Positions 14,294 to 26,063 of a DNA stretch of 64,000 bases are shown in pieces. Made by a program: the position numbers and the translations under genes. Origin of the DNA: Marsupella aquatica (lineage: Eukaryota; Plantae; Marchantiophyta); the NCBI GenBank assembly GCA_973895155.1, contig OZ316891.1, forward strand, positions 14,167,037 to 14,231,036, written 5' to 3'. Every line of letters starts with the position of its first letter. The first letter of the stretch is position 1. The notes beneath the pieces were generated by a model that made no database searches, was not told where the DNA came from, and was given only the letters and a program-made list of their open reading frames with translations.

Positions 14294-14431
14294 GGTGACC
14301 TGGATCCACCAAGTTTTGCATCCGGGTTGCACCCTAAGTTCTATGTAAGTCCCAGGTGACCTGGATCCACCAAGTTTTGCATCCGGGCCAGTGGGGCTTG
14401 CACTCTAAGTTCTATGTAAGTCCCGGGTGAC
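14294..14431. repeat. Tandem duplication, ~61-71 bp x 2
   Basis: GGTGACCTGGATCCACCAAGTTTTGCATCCGGG..TTGCAC.CTAAGTTCTATGTAAGTCCC occurs twice, with a 10-nt insertion in the second copy. Confidence 0.9.
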
Positions 14432-14888
14432 CGGCAACTGCCGAGGATACCTAAGGTGGTTCCCAATTCCCATGCACTGGGAGCTCTACAGTTTAAAATG
14501 CCACTAGCCATATAAGAGGTGAAGTGTCAAAGCCTTCTCCCTTCTTCATTTTCCTTTCCTTTCCTTTTCCTCTCCTCTCCCGTTCCATATTGCTACACAA
14601 ATTCAAGAAAGAAAGGAGGAGAAAGAAAGGAGAGTATTTATGAACCAGGTTTTTGTCATGGCTAGTGGTGGTTTAAGTTAAGTAATAAGAGTTTTTCATC
14701 TCGCTCATTTCTCGTTGCTACTCGGCATTAATTTGCAGAGACGGCTGCTCCATCATTCTGTCTTTCGTTCTGGCTGTGGCTTGGCTGGGTTGGCTATGGC
14801 GGGCGGCGACTCCTCTTTGACCTCTACGTGACACCAGTCCTGCTTTTTGCCCCTACAACAGCCGGCAGATTCCCACGAAGAAGACACT

Positions 14889-15085
14889 CTTGCCTCTCTT
14901 CTCGTCAGCTGGTAGAAAACCTTGCCTCTCCTCTCGTCAGCTGGTACAAAGCCTTTGCTTCTCTTCTCGTCAGCTGGTAGAAAACCTTACTTCTCTTCTC
15001 GTCAGCTGGTAGAAAACCTTGCTTCTCTTCTCGTCGGCTGGTACAAAACCTTGCTTCTCTTCTCGTCGGCTGGCCGGAAGCCTTG
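14889..15085. repeat. Minisatellite, 32 bp x ~6, upstream of the KH/CCCH gene
   Basis: Consensus CTTGCTTCTCTTCTCGTCAGCTGGTAGAAAAC, head-to-tail with no spacers. Confidence 0.95.
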
Positions 15086-15554
15086 CGAGTAGTAAGAGTC
15101 TGTGCAGACAGCTTTTCCTTAGAGTTTGATTTTTTTAAGGACGCGACTGTTGTTCCCTCCCTTATCTGCCGATTGCGTCCTCACGACGGCCGCTCCCTCT
15201 ACCGTGCGTGACTGTTTGTTGTCTACTGCTCAGCTACTCAGGCTCCCCACTTTCCTGTGTTGTTGTCTTCCTCGCTGTTTCTGCTTCTGCTTCTGCTTCT
15301 GTTCAGCAGCCATCTGTGCTGGGGTCGCTCTTGCGGCTAGAGAAGCAGACGAAGATTCTTAGCTCGATCGACATTTGATGGGCTATCGAAGGAGAGGTTT
15401 GAAATAGTAGCAGAGTTTAGGGTTGTCGTCGAGTGATTCAGTGCTGGTGGTCGTGGAGTGATTCTGTGCCGGTGGTCGTCGAAGGCAGGGAGGGGTCTCT
15501 TAATCGTTATTGGAAGCACAGTCAGTCACAATTGAGCTAAGCGAGGGCTTGGGT

Positions 15555-17481
15555 ATGGATCCGTATGGGCCTCCGCGCAAGAGGCCTAGAGCGGATGCAG
15601 CACCTGCGAATGGAAACGGTGTAAATGGGCACGCCGCTGCTCCAAGCGGGTCGAACGAGACGGAGTGTCGTCGATTTAACACGCCGGAAGGTTGTCCCTA
15701 CGGAGATGGGTGCCGCTTCCGCCATGTTCTCGCTTCTTCGAGTGTCCCCGCTGCGCTGCCCGCCATTCCACCTGCTGCAGCTCAACAGCCTCTGCCTCCT
15801 GGTGAGTTCCGTGCTATGAACCCGCTATGCTGGGCTTCCTACCTATCACTCTATCGTCTGTTCTTGTTCACAATGCTCAGTGGGTTGGGCCGGAACGATA
15901 GGTGAAGCCTTCGGCACGTGAGGCCGGCATATAACGTGGTGCATGGAGTTCCGCTGGGATCGGCCTTTCGGTGTTTGTTCTTTGCGTATTTGGTTGGGTC
16001 GACTGAGCAGGAAGCCCAAAGCAGGTCAAAGTACCCAATGGTGTCTTCGTCGGAAGCAATGGTCGTTAATGTGTCCTCTTTACAGACAAGAGCCCTTTAG
16101 CGTTCCTTTGGTGTTGTCACAGAGCAGGTCTACGATGATACTGCACTGGTGTTTGACGCTTCTGTTTCCTTGCTGATGAGGCATGGGGAGTGAAGGAGTC
16201 TGGTCGATAAAGCGAATTTGCTTGTTTTATTGGAGGCCGTCGCATTTGTCTTCTTGTGTTCTAATGGTTGCAAAGAATCTGAAGTGGCTGCTGACCCCAC
16301 TTGCAGAGAAGGAGTCACCCGGTGGATTGCAGTCTGCCTCGAGCAGGACGAAACCTTGCACCAAGTTCTTTAGGTGCGGCACTGTTTGTACTTTCACATT
16401 CGCCTGTTTACTGGCCCTCTGGGCAAGTAGGAGTTTTAATGGTATTCTGTAGCTAGTGGATGGATCGGATCGCTTGACCAGCATTAAGCTGAGGTTGTGA
16501 CTCCTTGAAATACTACGATAGCAAATGCCGCGTCTCTACCTACCAGTGAGACATCTTGTTAATGTTGATTTATTTTGCAGCACATCCGGATGCCCGTATG
16601 GTGAAGGTTGCCATTTCCTACACTTCGTGCCAGGCGGTGTTGGAGCTTTGGGCCTGTCTCCGCTTCCAAATTTGGGAAGCAGTTCCGGGTACGGATCTGG
16701 GTCTGGCCCTCGCAAAGTTATTGGAGGCGTTGGTCCTGCCGGCCTTGCTCCCCCTGTTTCACCAAGTGATCAGGGTGCCAATCTGGGGGGTTTTAAGACT
16801 CGTCTTTGCAACCGATTTGACACTCCCGAAGGTTGTCGTTTTGGTGAGAAGTGCCACTTTGCTCACGGTGAGAAGGAGCTTCGGAAGTCTAATGGCGGTG
16901 GTGGCTCCGCCGATCGCGAACATGTGATGGATCTTTCCAGGGGTCGTGGTCCACCTTCCGCTACTTCAGGCAGTCAGCAGCGTGGACAGAATGGTGGGAG
17001 CGTATTTTCCAACGAAGGACGAAGTTACGGTGGAGGGCGTGATGGTGGACGATCTTATGGTCTCAGGGAGCCTACCCCTCCCGGTCTGGCAGCTGCTGCA
17101 TCATTTGGCGCCTCCTCTTCTGCTAAGATTAGTATCGAAGCTTCTTTGGCTGGTGCCATCATTGGGAAGGGTGGTGTGAACGCAAAACAGATTTGTCGTT
17201 TGACAGGAGCCAAGCTTTCCATCCGCGAACATGAGACAGACGCAACGTTGCGAAATGTGGAAATGGAAGGATCTCTCGAACAGATCAAACAGGCGAGCCA
17301 AATGGTTCGCCAAGTGTTGATGCAGCGAGATAACGTTCCTGTCAAGCATGCAGGTTTTGGCTCTCACAATTTCAAAACTAAGATGTGTGAAAATTATGCT
17401 CAAGGGACTTGTACGTTTGGAGACAGGTGTCATTTTGCGCATGGTGCCCACGAGATGCGGGAGCATACTTTGCGAGCTTGA
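15555..17481 (+). CDS. CCCH zinc-finger / KH-domain RNA-binding protein (KHZ1/KHZ2-like); 3 coding exons
   Basis: Exons 15555-15801, 16307-16373 and 16581-17481 (GT-AG, phases consistent). Fingers: CRRFNTPEGCPYGDGCRFRH, CTKFFSTSGCPYGEGCHFLH, CNRFDTPEGCRFGEKCHFAH, CENYAQGTCTFGDRCHFAH. KH domain ISIEASLAGAIIGKGGVNAKQICRLTGAKLSIRE has the GxxG loop. Confidence 0.95.
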
Positions 17482-20294
17482 CAGCCTGAAGAATTGTGAT
17501 TGCAGGTAATCGGGTGGGCTAGCAAAGTGATGGATGTAATTATAAGATGCGTAACTAAGAAATACCTGGCAATATTTTTTTGTCAAGCCTGCAGTTAAAA
17601 ATTCTTTGATCCACAACAGTCTGGAAAATATTCAGTGGACTATGAGAGAGGAATCGGAATTGATGAGGAGAACAAGGAGTATGGAATGTGTCAATTTCAT
17701 CAAAGGAATCATGATGAAGAGTTGAGTGAAAGTGAAGGACGTGGATTACATGATCTCCATTTGACGGGAAGATTCAAATGAACAGGTGACTGCTCATGAT
17801 TGAAGAAAGCTGGATGATCGTCTCTGTCAAGAGGGGTTGAAAATTGTCTCTATGAACGGGATGGAAAGTGGATATTGGTTACTTCACTCTGCCAGGAGAT
17901 ACTGTAATTCCAATCCACGAGTGTAAAGGCAAATTATAAATTTGGGGTAGGGTGTTAGGTTCATGAGAAAATACGTCACGTTTGGACGGGATAAAAATCC
18001 GTTAAAACACAGAATTTGTAATTTCTCTGGAGCTATAGAGTCAGAGACTTGAAATCTCGTAATGAGGTGATAATCAGCTGAACTTAATGTGTTTCACCGG
18101 GAAGAGATCTTTATCTGAATTTTGTCGCCAGCATTCCTCCTAGCTGAGAGGTTTTTTCGTGGGAAGCGGAAGAAGAGTATGGAGGCACTAGAAGACAAAA
18201 TCCGAGTTGAGAAGTCGTTTTGCAAGGTGCTGTTGTTCTGTTGAGTGTAGTTAGCAGTTTCCTTTCTTACTGGTTTCATTTATTGTCCACCCAAACTAGG
18301 TAACCTTGTCAATGCAGCTTTTCGCTTTCTGGTTGAGCTTAGTATTCTTGCCGGAGAGTGTCAGAAGTCACTGGAATTAATTAAGGACATCGAGCAACCG
18401 GATAGAAGCTCCCTGATAAATGTAGCCATTTCGGCAGAGAATGAATTATGTAAGCAATCAGAGTTACCACTGGTAATGGACTGGAAATAAATTTTATTCT
18501 GTATTGAGCGAAATGTCCTTCTCTGAAATAAGTTGCAAAGTCGTCGCAACTCTAAAGTCTTCAACTCTAAACCATCAAGAAATAATGATATCACGAATCG
18601 ATGGAGCCGGTAATTTATGGAATACCCAACGATTAGTGGTAGTTTCCATTGCAGTCGAGATGCTCATGGAATCCATGGATTTGCATATGTCGTAGTAGTC
18701 ATTGTGCTAATTTTTGTTTCTTCTGCAGATAACGTGTTGTTAGATTTTGTCATTAGCGTGACAGTCGGGTTATATTTTATTATGAGCTGGGCTGACTGAA
18801 AAGACTTTGTTAGACGATTGTCTCTTGGAGTCTAGGACATAGGTAAATGTATGTCTTTGCACATCAGGTCTTGTGAGATCAGCTTAGAGCTCAGCCTTGG
18901 ACTGATGTGTTTGAAGTCTGCAGTGTTTCCAGTTTTCATCAGAGAACAAACCAGCACCCTAGGAGTGAGTTTCAGTTCAGAGTCAGGCGGAAATAGTCAC
19001 ACTTAAGAACTGATCCTTGCAGTTCAACTTCTCCGCTCGAAACCGGCAGTGTTCCCTTTCGTAGTGTGAATTTGTCGAACATTAACGATTGTTATTCGGT
19101 TAACTTAGTTATTCTACGAGGTTTCTTGAGGAACCAGATGAGTACCAGAGGGCTCACTCTTTAGGTTGGAGATTGCTTTACAAATATTTGAAGAATGAAT
19201 CTTTACACTAACCCAGTTGAGTCCGTTTATAACAGAGACAGGAAGTAACATTAATTGTAAGTATGGATTCGGTGAGTGAGGGTTACTGCTGCGTGTGTTT
19301 GAGAGGAACTGAATGGAGGGTAGATCGACGTGGGCGTACCCGATGGCTATATTTTCTGGTTCATTGAACACCGCTCGGTGCTCGATAGTTTATTGCTGAC
19401 TTCTTGTTACCGGATGCTCAAGGGCTGAAGTACTGTAGCTGATTCATCGGTCCGTTTGGGTAGTTTCCTGCATAACAGCTTACTGAGTGTGGGGATCTGT
19501 AATAAAATGAAAAGATTGGCTTGTCGACATAAATTGAAGGCGTGGTTAATTCCAAAACTGAACATAATCGTGAGGAGTGCCGTAGTTTTCTCTTGTTCAA
19601 GCCATTTGTTAATGTTGTCAGGTTTGGTCGTGATCAGCACGCTGGCTGTTTGTTGTCCACTCAAAGCTGATCTGCGATATATCAGGATTGCTGCCAGAAG
19701 AATTCCTGTGAAGTCTGTCATCTAGCAGCTGTCGGATGTAGGGCCCACTCTTCCCATGGTTCATAGTTTTGCGTGCTTGGTTCCTCGCTCGTGGTTCGTG
19801 CGTCGGGGTTCTCCACAACATGTGCAAGAGCTATCCCGTCTGGTGATGGGGAGCAGCTCACAGTTAGGTCGATGGTAAGGAGTTTTTGGAATGAACGTTA
19901 TCATATTATGGGATGTCTTGTGGGGGAAGTCTAAAAATCTGTCAACCGAACAATGTCCACTGTCAGTAGACAGAAATGGCGCGCTTCTTATTATAGCTTG
20001 CGGAAGTGCCCGACCTGCTTCATGGTAACTATATTAAAGAATGGGCGTGAGTGAGTCGATTCTACTGAACGTTAACTAAATAAGAAGTTTGTACAGGACC
20101 GATGACGCGGCCGGTGCCCAGAGCGTGTCTTCGATAGCCAGGGGTGATGTCGGGTTTCCTAGACCTCCACGTCCCCACGTCCTCTAGCAGAGAATGTGGA
20201 TGGACTTTGTCCGGGGAGCTGTTTGTCACTTTTAATAGGGATGACTTGCAAAACCCATCGCGAGAGTCGAGAGTTCTACAAGGATGGGCTGTGA

Positions 20295-20716
20295 CAGTGA
20301 ACTCTCTGAGCCACCATCGGAAATCCAGCTGAGACGGATTGCAAAACCACAGTATTCAGACAGGACTGGCAGAGGGTCACGAAGTCTGCCGTAGAAGCTC
20401 TTCGACAGTTACTCGCTTTGGAGGCTCGCTGAGCCAACACCGTTGGAACGGACATCTAGCTGCGACGTATTTGCAAAACGACGGAATGCTGACACGCTTG
20501 GCAGAGGGTCACGCTCACGAGTCTTCTGCAGAAGGTCTCCAAGCAGCGACGAGATTTGGAGACTCAGCAGTGCAGTGAACTCTCTGAGCCACCATCAGAA
20601 CGGAAATCTAGCTGAGACGCATTGCAAATCCGGTGCGTTCCCGACAAGATTGGCAGAGGGTCACCAGTCTTCCGCAGAAGGTCTCCGATTATTGACGAGC
20701 TTTGGAGTCTCAGCTG
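20295..20716. repeat. Diverged GC-rich tandem repeat, 3 units of ~125-155 bp
   Basis: The blocks CTGAGCCA, AGCTG.GACG, TTGCAAA, TGGCAGAGGGTCAC, AGAAG and TTTGGAG.CTC recur three times in order (CTGAGCC at 20306, 20429, 20584). Confidence 0.85.
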
Positions 20717-21693
20717 CGCAATGGCGTTGTGGTTCGCAGCTATGGCCGCACTCTAGACTGACTTCGTCGGACATGGCGATCCGTCACAAATGCTTACTTC
20801 GCTCGGCTCTGCTCTCTGACGTTGGTGTAACAGGATCCGCGACGGACGGACAGATTGCACTGCTCGCCAGATCGGCGGTGGAGGACTTGCCATTGGGCAG
20901 TAAGTTACTACTACTCTACTCACCCACCTTTGCACATCATCTTACATGAACACGAATGTGACTAATGCGATCTTGTTCACACTACAATTGCAACGTTTAT
21001 TTATCACTGCGTGACACGTTATATGAGACTGTTTGCATCCACAACCTTTTTTTCTGTAGTGGCAATTTTCCAAGGTTGGGGTCGTTTAGCAATGTTTTAA
21101 GGATTTTCCCATGTTTTTCCCCCTTCATTGGATATCTGTGATTCGGTTCCCGGTTTGGCACTTTTGCTTTTTGGCAGTGTGATATTTAATGTGATATTTA
21201 AGTTCATTACTATAATTACTATAATGACAACTTGTATTAATCCTTGATAATTATTTTATCGTCGCCTCAAGTACAGCTTGTGAATTAACTATCGTGGTGC
21301 ATTCCACGCACATGTCAGAAGCGAGCCCATATTGCACTTGTGACAACACTTTAATACACTAATAAGGTCTATGAATATTTTAACTACTCTTAGTAAAAGT
21401 AGTGGAGAACTTTTATAATGCCCCAATCCAAATCTGGACTCTCCATTCCTTTACTATAAAGTAGTGGAAATTAAGAGAAACTCACCAAAGGCATTAAGTT
21501 TTAATGTCATGATAAGGCCCATGCTTTCACTGTAATGAAATGCTTTCGCGAGAATTGGTACATTTGGGTGCCCAGGTACGTCTGCTTTCTTTTACCTTTG
21601 TTTACTACTAGTGAAGGCACAAAATTTCAAGCTTCCCTCTAAATTCGACTTCCAACATTCTCTTCCCTATTCAAAGCAGAGTCTCTTCGAAAT

Positions 21694-21780
21694 TGCCAAA
21701 CAGACAAGTCTTTTCTTCATGTTCAAGAAAGGCGGTTGCCAAACAGACGTAAGTCTTTTCTTCATGTTCAAGAAAGGCGG
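21694..21780. repeat. Tandem duplication, ~43 bp x 2
   Basis: TGCCAAACAGAC(GT)AAGTCTTTTCTTCATGTTCAAGAAAGGCGG occurs twice. Confidence 0.9.
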
Positions 21781-21889
21781 ATTGAAAGAAACTGTGAATT
21801 GAAGTGGAAGGTGATTGAAGGTGGGGGATTGAAACCATTGAAAACTAAGACACATTTCCACGAAGCCTAGGGTCGTTTAGCAATGTTTT

Positions 21890-22724
21890 ATGGAACACCA
21901 ATGTGAGAAGAATAAACTGAACAATAGAGCTCACGCTGAACTCTTTCGTACCACAGGATGACTTTGCTCTATATGTAACAAGGCCTACCAAGTAAGGACA
22001 ACAGTGATATTCAATCACTAACATAGCACTTCCAGCAAGGCTTGTTATCCCCCAATAGTAGCACGATCCACTGCCATTTCTTGCGCACAGAAGGAGCCTC
22101 TAGCAACAGAGCAGATTGTCCCTGTTATAGAATTGTTAAGGGCTAATGTTTGTACTACCAAGAAACAGATAACATGTCACGAAATGGTCTCCAAGATATA
22201 GCAGATACAAGAAAATAAATTCCTAAAGGGAAGCAATGAGAGTTTTTACCGTTTGTGTGGTTGTAAATGCATAGAAAGGTCCTATACAGCTATTGTTTAA
22301 GAGGACTGCCAGTCAACAATGTCACAATGTCTCTTTCTCATCTTGGAAGGTTGCCCCATTCGTTTGGTACTGAATCAATCCTGGTGCAGATGGACATTGC
22401 AAGGACTGCCAGGAGGAGGTGTTTCCTGATTTTGCAAGATCAGTGTCGCTGTCTCTTGGTACCATAGATATGTTAATTTATTGAGTGGCAGACCCACGAT
22501 AAATTGCTTTCATTTATCAAATTGGGAAGATAGAAAAGACATTGAAAGGAAAATTTTTGCAAGCAATGGGCTATTGGGCCAAACTCGAAATCGTCTTACT
22601 GAGTGGCATAAGGACAGTGAGGGATTCTCTATTACCAAAATGGGAAGGTGAAAACGACTTTGCAAGGAAATCCAAAGCAAGCATTGGAGTATTTGGTCAA
22701 GATGAAGTTCACGTCATCGTATGA
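21890..22724 (+). pseudogene. Degenerate coding relic with C2H2-like and PHD-like cysteine patterns (probably TE-derived)
   Basis: Stop- and frameshift-interrupted frames give CSICNKAYQVRTTVIFNH (C2H2-like) and RLCG...HLGRLP...PGADGHCKDCQ (decayed PHD-like spacing). There is no intact ORF. Confidence 0.3.
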
Positions 22725-24585
22725 ATGAACCTCGTGCTCGATAAGTAGTGGTTGGAAAAAGGAGTTGGTGTAGGCCAAAGAGGGTTCAATTCCCTCTCTC
22801 CTTGCACTAAGACAGTTGTATGTGGGTTCCAATTTGAACATTATAATCCAAACAAATCCTAGAAATGTGGAAAGGATTTGGAGGCCCTATGAGCTGGTAA
22901 GTGAAACATAAAATTGGCCAAAAGTAAGACGATCTAAATCCTTTGTATACTAACATCATCATATTAAGGCCAAAGATAAAATGGGGTTATCCAGGTGAAT
23001 AGTATTCTTCAGCAGAGCCTTAATGCAACGGGTGAGGCTATTTTATTGTTGGAATTTTTTATTGTTGCAAATGGAGTGACCTTTCAAGCTAAGACTTCTG
23101 CTTTTGTTTTTAACTTCCAACAGGGATAAATTGAGGGCTACCATTCCCCTTTCTAACTTCCAAGAGGGATAGAACCAAAAGCAGGACTCAGAGATGTTTG
23201 TGTACTTAAATGTGCAAAAATAATGCAAGGTTGCTATTTTATTGTACCTCTTGCTTACAGTCATGGATACACACTATATACCCCTACTCATGTGATCAAC
23301 TTTTCTATCTTGAAGAGCAAACGTTGCAAATGATGCAACAAGGATTAGGTTCTTGAAAAATGGTTTGCTTTGAAAAAACAGGGAGATGCTTTGAGCTGCC
23401 AAAACTTGGAGTCATGACGTTGTTGCAAGAGTTTAAAGCCCTCTATATGACATGCTTTGTGCACACCAAACCAATTTGCCTACCCGTGTATTATTTTCTT
23501 TGCCCACAATGACAAAGTTCCAAGAATTTTGCAAGGTCATGTCCAAGAGTAGTGGAAACCAAATGTAAGAAACACTCTTTGAGCAAAACGACCTAACATT
23601 GAACCCTGAAATGCCCAGCTTATTTAACCCTATTAAATGCTTTGCCTCAAGCTGTGCTTTTGTTAAGAAATAAAATCCTATTAAAATTGCCTGTGTTTTG
23701 AACTTCAGACAGCCACACGGAGAGAAACTGGAAATATTATGTATTTCGAATCTCTCATCCAAACAAGAGTTTCCATGGTGTATGCTTCTTGTGAATCAAA
23801 CACAGATGAGCTAGACATCTAATTATAGAAATAAGATTTTAAGTAATTAGCCACTAAAGATGTTACAATTGACAATACTGCCACAGTTTGTTTTGTATTT
23901 ATGAATATACCATGGTATAGTATATGTATAACAAGTTCACCAATGTAACAAGAGAAACTATATACTAAAACAATGACATATTTGTAAATATAATAAAAAT
24001 AGTGATAATATTATAAAGTTAAATGGCAATGTACTTAGAAAATATTATATAATTATGATTAAAAACTACTATTCTGGGCCTAGAGTCTGGGGGCCTAACT
24101 GAAGTTAATTGTGTGAACTCAATACCAGGAATGAGGTCGGGTGAGTCTATGAAAATGGTGAAGCGTCCACCCCTATCTAATTGAACAGGCACTCAGGCTA
24201 ATACGTACTAGTCTAATGCGAGTTGAACTGGACAATCTATTAGTTGGATACTTCTGTCCTCAAGTGTTCTGACTTTTTATAATTTTATATGTAACGAAGG
24301 GGCAACCCCTTAGAGCTATAGTGGTGCTTGACTACATTGCGCTCTAGAACAACGAGCCTGAATGTGTTCATAGAAATGACCGAAAAAAATTGTCATATGT
24401 GATCATCTTATTGACATGTATAACATCTTTATCTTTCTTTTCATCCACAAAAACTTTGGTGGGTCCTAGTCAAGCTTTATCCCGTTTCACTCTAGAAACC
24501 TAGACTTCAAGTGTTATGGCCAATTAGCAGTAAGATTAAACATTGAGCCCAAATGGACTTAGGAGTTTGTTTTGACCATACCCAT

Positions 24586-25497
24586 TAAAAAAAATAAAAA
24601 TAAAATAAAAATAAAAATAAAAATATACACACTTTTTATATACAAAGGGATCAAACAGAGTACAAATGAACAAACAAAAGAGGGCCCAAGTGGACAAAAC
24701 CAATCGAAAAAGAAGTGAGCAAAAGGGAACCACTAAACACCAAGAAAGAGGAACTAAAAGTAAGAAATGAACAATAGGGAACCCCTAAAAACCAAGAAAG
24801 AGAGAGAGACTAAAACTAACCCAAGCGGACCGAGGTCCTCATCATTCCTACCGATTGTGGCAAAAAGCTAATGGTCCACATCAAGAGTCAAAACTAGATC
24901 GGCAAGTGGGATTGGAACATCCTCAAGGGGAGCTAGCCGCTGCGGAGGCACACTAGCACCCACTGTAAGAGATCGACGATAGATGGCCCGAGCTTGAGCA
25001 CGCTGTAAGGTGACTGAAATGCGTTGGCGAAAGTGCGTGGTCAAAATAGAAAGCGGGGGTCCGGTGGGACCCATTCGGCCATGAACATCCCGGGCAGCTT
25101 GCCGAAGAAGCCCATCAAACTGAGGATGAAGACGCCCAAATAGCTCCACAGCAAGGGGGAGGAAGCTGTCGGATGAAGCTCGTGCAGCATATTTGGCCTC
25201 CTTCGTTGTTGCCGCACGTGACGCTGCTGCCCCTGCCGTAGTTGCCGCTGTCCCAATGATGTCTTGGCGCAATGGGTTTGCCACCACAACATCTGCCAAA
25301 GTACGTTGACCCTCACGGACCATGGTAAGATCCACCCGTAACCGCTGTGATGGAGGACCAGGTAACTCGAGTACCACCTCCCGCCGCACGCATACCAAAG
25401 AGCCAGAGAGAACCTGAGCAGTCGCATCTCGCACAGCGTCGTGAACAATAATGGTTTCACCTCCCAAACTGCACCGAAGAAGATGGACACCTGTGGC
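24586..25497 (-). mobile_element. 5'-truncated non-LTR retrotransposon, restriction-like endonuclease (CRE-like) type, copy 1
   Basis: ORF 24868..25545 encodes H-x3-C...HDAVRD...LRVDL...LADVVV...KEAKY...FLPLAVELFG...QRISVTLQR, the C-terminal RLE layout. It is followed by a ~250-nt 3' UTR and a (T4-5A)n tract. Candidate TSD ACCCAT at 24580-24585 and 25498-25503. Nearly identical to 49030-49898. Confidence 0.85.
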
Positions 25498-26063
25498 ACC
25501 CATGGACTGAGTAACATGTTGCCTCACTTTACACCCAAAATTCACACTAACCGGCTACTTTGGAAAGACATTTCACTTTTAAGAAAAACTCCCCAAGTAC
25601 TTTTCCCCACTTTTTTTTATAGTCTAACTTGAGACGAGCTGTGCTCAAAAAGCCATATTTGCTATAGGAGTAGCCACGCTGCGCTGGGGCATTGTGGCCT
25701 GGCACAATTGGAAGGAATAGGCTCAAGGAAGAGGCAGAGTTCACTTGGGGTTTGGAAACTTCTGTCACAAGCACCTCATAAAAGGTACAAAAGACGGATG
25801 GTCTAATGGTCTCTCATAGAGCTAACCATACTTGTAATGCTCATGTCACATGTAGGGAGGGGAGGGGAGGGGAGAGCCCCCTCACAAAATTCCTAAAGTC
25901 CACATCCTAATAGAACATGTTTGTTCCCAAGCTAGTGAGCGCTCTCAAGGAACAAAAGTTCCTTCACTGTAAGTGTGTCCGGGGGAATAGTAGATGCAAT
26001 GGTTATTGTGTTGACACATTCTATATAATTACTGGCAAAAGAAGTAAGAGTTGGGGTCTAGAC

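Noticed and set aside
14889-15085. CRISPR-like array (32-bp repeats)
   Set aside because: Units are head-to-tail with no unique spacers, there are no cas genes, and the context is eukaryotic and intron-containing.
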